64,000 nt of DNA, taken from positions 372,001 through 436,000 of the forward strand of contig CT868085.1 in assembly GCA_000165425.1 (NCBI GenBank), read 5' to 3'. Below, one piece after another: positions 55,889-64,000 of the stretch. Within the stretch, counting starts at the first letter, position 1; every line of letters starts with the position of its first letter. The notes under the pieces are model-generated. The model was given only the letters and a program-made list of their open reading frames with translations. It was not told where the DNA came from and did not search any database. A program made the position numbers and the translations under genes. The stretch is from Paramecium tetraurelia. Taxonomy: Eukaryota.

Positions 55889-56680
55889 CGAGTAATTTAA
55901 TTATTGTAAATATAATTTTTTAATATATATAGATCAGGTAATTAGTATTTCATTACTTCAGTAAATTTAATTTGAATCTTCTTTACCGTGTACTTAAAAC
56001 AAATATTTTACTGTTTTACTCTTTTGCCATTAAGAGATTGCGATCTTTTAATAGATTGATTTCTTCTTTGAAATCAACAGTATACTTTTAAAGTATTTCC
56101 ATTTTTAGTATATCTTTAACAAATTCTTAAAACTATTTCGATTGTCTAGGGTTTGAAAATCACATTGTTAAATTAAGGAAGCTAAATTTGTATCTCGCAG
56201 ATTAAGTTTAAATTCAATATCATTAAAATTCCGATAATGATAGCAGAATGGTAAAGGAAAATAAAAAAAATCCTTTCTTCACTGACTTTAAATGAATTGT
56301 CAAATTCATTGATTATGATGATGTTTATTATTTGTCAGAAGAATTCATAATATTTGATTTGTTCTTTAAAAAATTTAAGAACTTTGCAGAATTTTATATT
56401 GCTTAACCTTTATATAGTTAACAGTGTAATTATCCTGCAATTAGTTATCATAGTTTTGCGGCATCAATTAAAAACATTGATTCTTATGTGCGATTATTAT
56501 TGAATGTCAAATTCTTCTATCTCTCAAATTTCATTCTCTTAAAGAACTGAATGATATTGCTTTGAGTTTAATCTAAATCAAGATAAGAGTGAGGCAATTT
56601 CCTAGACAGGATGTCTTTTACTTAATTAATTATCTTATGACTCTTAAATTAGGGTACTATTTTATAAAATATATTAATTA

Positions 56681-57587
56681 TCAAATGTCCTTTTTCTTTT
56701 GACTTTTTTGCCTTGCCAATAATCTATCCTGAATTGACCTTGATTAGTTTTGCAATTGAGAATCTACTACATTTTATTTATTTAATTGCTCTTCTTAATG
56801 AAGTAATAATTTAGGAATGGGTGTTTCATTATTTTCATTTCTGAATTCAATTTTAGGTGATCTCTTCTTAGAAGATGACTCGTCAAACTTTTACACTTAT
56901 TTAATTTCATTTATTTGAGTTTATGGAGATTCGTGATTTTTTATTGAGATATCTTGATTATCTTTATTCCTTTAACCTTCTTCAAGAAAAGTTTGAAGTT
57001 GAATGACAAGTTTCTTGTTATCTATTTATTAATATTGATCTTCATTTTTAGGGGTTGCATATTCTGTTGGTTTATCCATTCTATCATTAAAATCCTGGAA
57101 ATCCTTGAAGTAACTAACATCATTATTGATAATTTAAATAGGTTATTGACTAATCAATAATATTCATAGATTACATCTTCTTTTCGGAAGACTATAATGA
57201 TCGTGGTTCTCTTTATGTAAACTTATCAGCCTATTAAACAATATTCCTAATTTTGTCTAAGAAATAATATTTAATAGGGTCCATGAGAGTATCATATTAT
57301 TAAATGCATTCCTAATACATTCCAACCAATTAATCCACCATATTAATTTATTTGATTGGAGACAAATTGAATTTATTCTCCATTGTAGCCATGGTTACAA
57401 AAAATTGTTTCGTTAAATTTATTTTCTTTTATGTTCCTTACTAAACTTCTTTGTTATTTTATTTGTACAGAAACTCTGGAGTCATAAACTATTCCTCAAT
57501 ATAAAAAGCTCCTTTAGAACCAGGTTTATTCTCTTCCTCCCCTTTCTTCCCTTGAATACTCTCGAATGCCTATTTGAATATTCTCAT
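56681..57587 (-). CDS. Ciliate hypothetical coiled-coil protein
   Basis: Starts MRIFKQAFESIQG; contains MVDQLVGMYQECIQQYDTLMDPIKYYFLDKIRNIV; ends IQDRLLARQKSQKKKDI-TGA; short introns. Confidence 0.7.
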
Positions 57588-57612
57588 TAAATTTATTAAA
57601 TATATTATAAAT

Positions 57613-58569
57613 TCATTTCTTTTTGATCTCTACATCCTTGGCAGCAGCATACTCACTCCAACTTCCATCATATAATGAGATATTTTTCAACCCTATTCTT
57701 TGTAAAGCAAGATAAATCACTGATGCTGTTACACCTGATCCACATGAACACACTATGTTTTTATTCGTATCAACATTGAGACTGTTGAGTATCTCTTTAA
57801 TTTCCTCAGACTAATTCATTAATGAAATATGATACAGTCTTCATCAATCCAGTTTTTTAATCAATTAATTGGCTGAAAGGCAATGAAGTTGAATATGGCA
57901 TATGACCACTAGACAATCCTGGTCTAGGTTCAGGCACTTCTCCATTAAATCTTGGAGCTGGTCTAGCATCCAAAACCTAATCTCCTTTCTTTCCTTTATT
58001 TTAATTCTCTATATTTTTAAGAATGAAATTGAGGTCTCTCAACATATGAGGTTAAGGAGTAGCTTTGTATTTGGCCTCCCTGATTAATGGTGGAGCATCA
58101 GAGACTGCACAATTTTCCCTAACCCAAGCTGGGAAACCACCATCTAGAACAGCTATATCTTTATGTCCAAAGTATTTGAATTACCAATAGACTCTTGCAG
58201 ACGAAAAGATATTCATCCCGTCATAAACTACTATTTGATCGCTATTACTAATTCCCATATCAGATACGGATCTTAATTAGATACATCATGTACCTTTCGA
58301 AGTCTTCCGTTTTTGGAAGCATATGTGGCAAAGTTGTTTCTTAGAGGCTGTTTGCATCAATATCAAAACGAATTGCTCCAGGAATGTGTGATTTTTTATA
58401 TTCTTATTCTGCATTACGATTCATTTGGGGAAGGTACCATGAACAATCTATTTTCAGTCTTTATTTTACCTAAGACTTTGACTTTATTGAGATTTTATTT
58501 CAGATATTGCACTGAAACTAAAGGTGAAGGGAATGATGAAAAGGCATATCTAGCAGATCTGAGAAACAT
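57613..58569 (-). CDS. MPST: 3-mercaptopyruvate sulfurtransferase (tandem rhodanese), probably mitochondrial
   Basis: DCSWYLP, HIPGAIRFDID, LPHMLP, VLDGGFPAW, LDARPAPRFNGEVPEPR, active site CSCGSGVTA and LYDGSWSEY; presequence MFLRSARYAFSS. Confidence 0.93.
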
Positions 58570-58654
58570 TTTTTTAATGATAATATGTAATTTTTACAAT
58601 TCTTATTTCGATTTTTATATTGAAATATTCTATATTCAAATCAAATACGAATAA

Positions 58655-60964
58655 ATGTAATAATCAGATAAATATTAGATTGTGAGAGTAATTGTGATAA
58701 TTTTATGCCTTTTGTCAATGATAGGATGTTCTCTAATTTTGTGGACATTATTCAAAACACCAAGATTAAGTAAAAACCCAGGGAGTATTATTTAAAGAAT
58801 GGCCATAGCTTAAATTGTATTGAAAAGAATGTTATTAGATTATTACATTTTTGATGCTATTTGCTCAATTTTACATTGACCATGTTAGTAATAATGATGT
58901 TAGTGCAGCTTTTATAATTTCAACCAATTTTTGCTCATTTATAGGGTTTATTGAGATATTTTTCTCCTCTGAATATATACTCTATAATGTTTATTTTCCT
59001 ATCAATCTATACTTTTCACTCAAAACTCAGAACTATAACTTCACTAAATATTTTACCTTAATGGAGATAATTTTTTTGATGTTTTCCTTTATTTTCACTT
59101 TAACAATGGTTTTCGTCAAAGATGTTAAAATAAAGTATGTTTATAAATGTAAATAGTTTTGTTGGAGTATGTGGTTTATTATTATAAGATATGTCTAAGG
59201 TTTTTGGTAGCATCTTGGCAATAATCACAATAGGTGTTTTGATATTGCTAATTCTTATAGCCTTGGAAAAATCATCATTCAAGACTACTATATACAATAA
59301 GGATTCAGAGAAATTTCATAGAAAATATCACAAAGAATTCAAAATCGTTAATATATTGTATACTACAGTATTTCTAGTTTCTTACATGATTCCAACATGT
59401 CTGATGTTTTGGAATCAATTAAACACTTCTCAAAGCGAACATTATTATATATTCCCAATTATCTATCCCCTAGGGGGTATTTTACTTTTCTTGATCAGAA
59501 TAAATGACCCGATTGTTAAAAAGTATTTGTATAATGTGTTAATTGGAAAGAAGAAAAATTAAAATTAAAAATTAAAGGACAAACTGTTACAAAATTAGGA
59601 TGTATTAAATTAAATTATAATAGTTCAATATAATTGACTAGATTAGTATTGAATCAGGACTTGAGATTAGTGTTTGCAACAATAAGAAACTTAGATACAC
59701 AGTTAAACAAGTGCTCAGTGAAAAATAGATATAATCAGATATCACTCTCTCTTCACCCTTTGGTAGTGGATTTTAGCCAAAATTGATTAAGGGTAATTAA
59801 GACTTATTCATTATCTTACTGTCTATCAAGAATGCCATCAATTAATGTATTGGATAAACGTCATATTCCCTAAAAAATTTAAAACCATTTCATTTCAATC
59901 ATATCACTAAATACTAATTGTTTTTGTAAGATGACTCTAAAGAAATGGATCAGAAGTACAAAAATTTTAATGTATTATTATTGAATAATTAGAATCTATG
60001 TCTGAAGGATTATGTTAATGAAATATGTTATAAAAGAGTAATCAATTGTTACAGTTATGCAAGCAACACACTGATTCATCTTTTTAGTTAAATCTTAAAT
60101 ATTCATTTGGATTAACTAAGAACCAGTTTAAGGATTGAATAAAACACTAAAAAAATAGTCAACACTAAATTACCTACCTCCTATGGACCTATCTTTTTGA
60201 CTTATGATAATTATTTTTCGATTGAAATAATTTCAAAATAGCATAAGCTACTCTTAACCAAGGGAGGAGGGTTGATGAATATTTGTAAACGTTATCAAAC
60301 TGAATATAGTAAGTCAAAAAATGGTAATACTTTATTGCCTGCTATTCTGGGATTATACACAATTTAAATTGAAGAAGATAAATTTATCAATGTTGTACTA
60401 AAGTTAAATTAATTAAAAATAAACTATCCTTTATAAATAAATTAAATTAGCATTCCTGAAGAATAAGATCACTTAATTTAATAAGATGTTTTCGGTTGGA
60501 TATAATTGAGTTTAGAAAAAGGATAGTTTAAATTGTTTATAGCAGAAAAGCTATTTGACGATAGATTTTAGATTAGAATTGAGGATAACGATTTTAAGTT
60601 ATCCAAAAGTGCAGCCTAAGATCTATTGACTACCTTAAGCAAGGATATTGAGGAGTTCTGCTTTTTCAGAAATCTAACACTGTCTTTGGTTTACTTTAAA
60701 TTACCAACGAATAGATTAGATTCGATGTGCAAACATGAGAACTCACTATCTTATCATTACTAATTGATCAAGAATAGTCAATAAATGACACCATTGCAAA
60801 TGAATGAGTACTTTAAAGGCTTAGGATAATTTGAATTGGATAGCAAAATAGGGTTTGTTAGGATTTACATTGATAACTTTTGGCAAGAATGGGAGTATAT
60901 ATAGGAGAATGAGAGATGTCTTTATTTTGATAAGCTAACGGAATAGTTATCAGAAATGATTTGA
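58655..60964 (+). CDS. 7TM (cAR-like GPCR) fused to a degenerate phosphatidylinositol-phosphate kinase domain
   Basis: TM1 and loop IVIILCLLSMIGCSLILWTLFKTPRLSKNPGSII; seven hydrophobic segments ending LGGILLFLIRINDP; PIPK-like blocks YSYASN, IFLTYDNYFSIEIISK, NTLLPAILGLYTI, EDNDF and LLTTLSKD. Four introns of 21-22 nt give ~740 aa. Confidence 0.8.
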
Positions 60965-61007
60965 TTCTTTATTTGATAACAATTAATTAAAATTAATACG
61001 AATTTAT

Positions 61008-63335
61008 TCAATTTCCTAATTCCATGGATTATCTTCTTGTAAATATTTCTACTTTCTTATTTTTATTATCTCCTTAATCTTTAAAGTCTTTTTTCCTTGA
61101 CTTCTTCTTCTTGTCACTGTCAACTACATAATATAATTGATTATTTACTTCTCTCTATTTGAATTTCTTAAAAGATTTCAAATATTCTTATATAAGGGAA
61201 TATTTATGTGTTATTAGAGTAGGAGAATAATCTCAAAAATAGGAAATCATATTGTTCAAGAGTTAAATCGATATCCATATATTCAAATGTTTCAATTATT
61301 TATTTTCTCTCTAGTAATCCTTCATATTTACTTGGTAGTTAATCGAAATATTATTTCAAACTATTTTTATATTTGCTAATAACCTAATAATCTAAACATA
61401 TATCTATACTTGAGTTATTTCCTTTGTTTTCTAAGTTTCAATATCAGCTGTCATGATTTCAAAGTTCCCAACCAACTTTGACAAAATGCTTCTTACGATT
61501 GTTGTAGATTAGGCCAATTAATCATTGTAAACGACGAATTCTTAAGAATTATCTTCAGTGAGATATCGAGCAACCAATAAAGCAGAATCTTCATCAATTA
61601 ATAAAAAAGGCTCTCTTTATAATCTTTCCGAGATCTCTTTTAATTTAATCTCTCCAGTCTTTTTGTTTTTATTATCAAATAAATATCTTTCAATTGCATC
61701 AGGTAATGTTATCTTTTTAGTTCTTAATCTATAATTTAATTCTAGTCCTAAATGATCTACATCATCTTTTTTTATAACCTTAAACTTTTGTTATTATTAA
61801 TTTTTGTCTTAATTGATACTATCTGGAGTATTATTTTAATTTAATGGTCTCTAAGTCTTTATATTAAGAGTAGCAGCTGTTGGAGCCAACTTATGCTAAA
61901 TGGATGGTGCAGTCTCTTTTAACCTAGACTAAGCATTGATGAGTAACAAATGTTTGTATTTCTCATCCAGTTCTTCATAAGCTAACTTAAGTTTTTTCAA
62001 TTCTTCTTATAATTAATCTTTAATTTTTGCCTCCATTGATGATTTTTCATTTAATTTTTATTTCAACTCTGTTGTTGTTTTATCTAAGTATTCAATATCT
62101 CTCGTTTTCTATTATAATTCCTTTCTTAATTCCTATTCTATTTTTACTAATCCTATAATTCTTAATTGATTGTTATCTAACTTATTTGCTTTCTAAATTA
62201 GATTCTAATTTGTATCTTTATACGCATCTAATTCCTGTTAGAGTCCATCAATATAAGCTAATTTGTCTTTCAGAGTCTATTAAAGATCATCAATCACTTG
62301 TTTTTATTTATTAAGAACTTTTTGATCTGTGTCTATTTAATTTTGGAGCTTAAACTTTTCTTCCTATTCAATTGAGATTTAACCTTAATAAAATGAGTTT
62401 TCCTGCTTTAGAGAATTAATGATTTGCATTTAGATGTAGAATTTCTCCTCAAATTAATTAAAATCATGAGTCATCTAAATGATCTGTTCATTTCTTTAGG
62501 ATTATTCTAATAATGTCCTTAATCTCAGAGTCTCCTCCTAAAATACATTAATTTCTTTTTCTAATTCTTAAATTTTGGTATATTTAATATCATGTTTCAG
62601 ATTTTATATTTCTTCATTCTACTATTTAATCAAAGTTCTTAATTCTTTGATTTGCTTCTTCAATGTTATAGTTAGCAAATTCTATAAGAATTTAATTTAT
62701 AATTGATACTTCACTGATTCCCAATTTAGTCATCAAGGCTAAATCCTACTTGTCAGCAACGTATTTTTATTGCAAATATCCTCCCACATTTTACACAACA
62801 GTTTACATTCGCTCGGTATTTTTATTTAAAAACCTCATTTTTGCTTTTAGATCATAGTTTTCTTAAGTTAACTTGTTTATAATATCTTTCAAATAGACAG
62901 TTTCTGCATATAAATCATCCTAGTCTGATAAATCAATTTATTTACTTTATCCTTAGCCATGTTAATTGGTATTTTTTTGCTCAAGTCTTACACAACGGGT
63001 GAATTTCTAAATGAATAGTTTGAAATAATACTTTACAATCTCTGTATGATTAGTTTTACTTTGCGTAACTGAACTATCATTAATTATATTAGTTTTTCTT
63101 GTAGATAGTGTTCTAAATTTATTAGGAGATGGTTTCAATACAAATTTATCTAAATCATTCTATTCTCCTCCTCCTGGAATTACCATCTTTAAACCATTAG
63201 GAGACACCTTTTCAAGTTTTTTAGTATCATATATAATCCCTGATTAAGGACGACTTCTAATATGACTGAAAGTCTTAGACGCAATCCTTTTGTTAATTAA
63301 TTTCTATACATTATAAAGCCTTTTGGATGTTATAT
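61008..63335 (-). CDS. IQCE-like long coiled-coil protein (start uncertain)
   Basis: KDDLYAETVYLKDIINKL and LKKQIKELRTLIKQQNEEIQNLKHDIKYTKIQELEKEINVFQEETLRLRTLL resemble the IQCE N-terminal region; ends RRQSMELGN-TGA. Confidence 0.65.
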
Positions 63336-63654
63336 GTTTTATAAAATAAAAATAAATACTAAAAATTATTCATTTGGCATTCCTCGAAGATATTTTTTAT
63401 GTAGTTAATCAATCTAACCTGTATCCTACTTCTCTCAAAATACGTTAATGGGAATAAATTTTACTTATTTTATAACTCAGGTAGGTTTCAACTCTTATGA
63501 TTCTTAGTATTTTAATCAATCAGATTGTACCATTCTTAAAGCGCTTTGTTTAGAATAATTAATAGAAAAGAAAAAATGTTTTAATTATAATTATAACAAT
63601 TGATGTTTATTAATGTGGCAAAAATTTAATTCATATTTTAAATAAATCTAATTC

Positions 63655-64000
63655 ATGATTATTCTGATTTTGATCCTATTTTTTAAGCTGTAACTATATA
63701 TTTTTGTATTTATTTAGTGTTCAGCATATTCTCTAAACTTTAATAATATTAAATAAATTCTTATATTTAATCGTTGGTTTATATCCTTTAGTAGATAAAT
63801 ATAGAGTGAATCCCATTTTTCAGCATATTAATAGAATTAAAAGAATAATAGTGATCAGAATATAGAAGTTGCTATAAATAATTTCAGGCATATTTATGAA
63901 ATCAATTCAACAATAAATTTTGGGAAAAGTACTCAAATCAGATATTCTTTTTACGACTTTCTGAAATTCATTTATAGTATAAATCTAACCTTGGAGAGAG
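63655..64000 (+). CDS. Possible 5' end of a secreted or membrane protein (partial)
   Basis: MIILILILFFKLQLYIFVFIQCSA, with the frame open to the window end. Confidence 0.4.

Noticed and set aside
27192..58569. Sulfur/Fe-S functional cluster (DRE2, MPST)
   Set aside because: The genes are 30 kb apart among unrelated genes in a eukaryote, with no evidence of clustering.

Overview
AT-rich, gene-dense eukaryotic DNA, most likely a Paramecium (aurelia-type) macronuclear scaffold. It uses genetic code 6 (TAA/TAG = Gln, TGA the only stop) and has 20-30 nt GT-AG introns, so the supplied standard-code ORF track fragments or misses most genes. Re-translation by eye gives about 30 genes. The largest is a complete ~12 kb DNA-PKcs (13230-25292, ~3986 aa). 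Others are COQ5, a STRIP/Far11 homolog, a coiled-coil RING protein, Dre2/anamorsin, a ULK-like kinase, a GAF protein, an SLC35F6-like transporter, a B-box/SPRY protein, CFAP100, a GRAM-VASt protein, a secreted acidic-repeat protein, a mercaptopyruvate sulfurtransferase and an IQCE-like protein. The most unusual gene is a 7TM receptor fused to a catalytically degenerate PIP-kinase domain (58655-60964). An unnamed 34-aa tandem-repeat protein also stands out. Several intervals look like decaying genes, and there is one 172-N assembly gap. No tRNA, rRNA, transposon, telomeric repeat or CRISPR was recognised. All family calls come from remembered motifs, not database searches.
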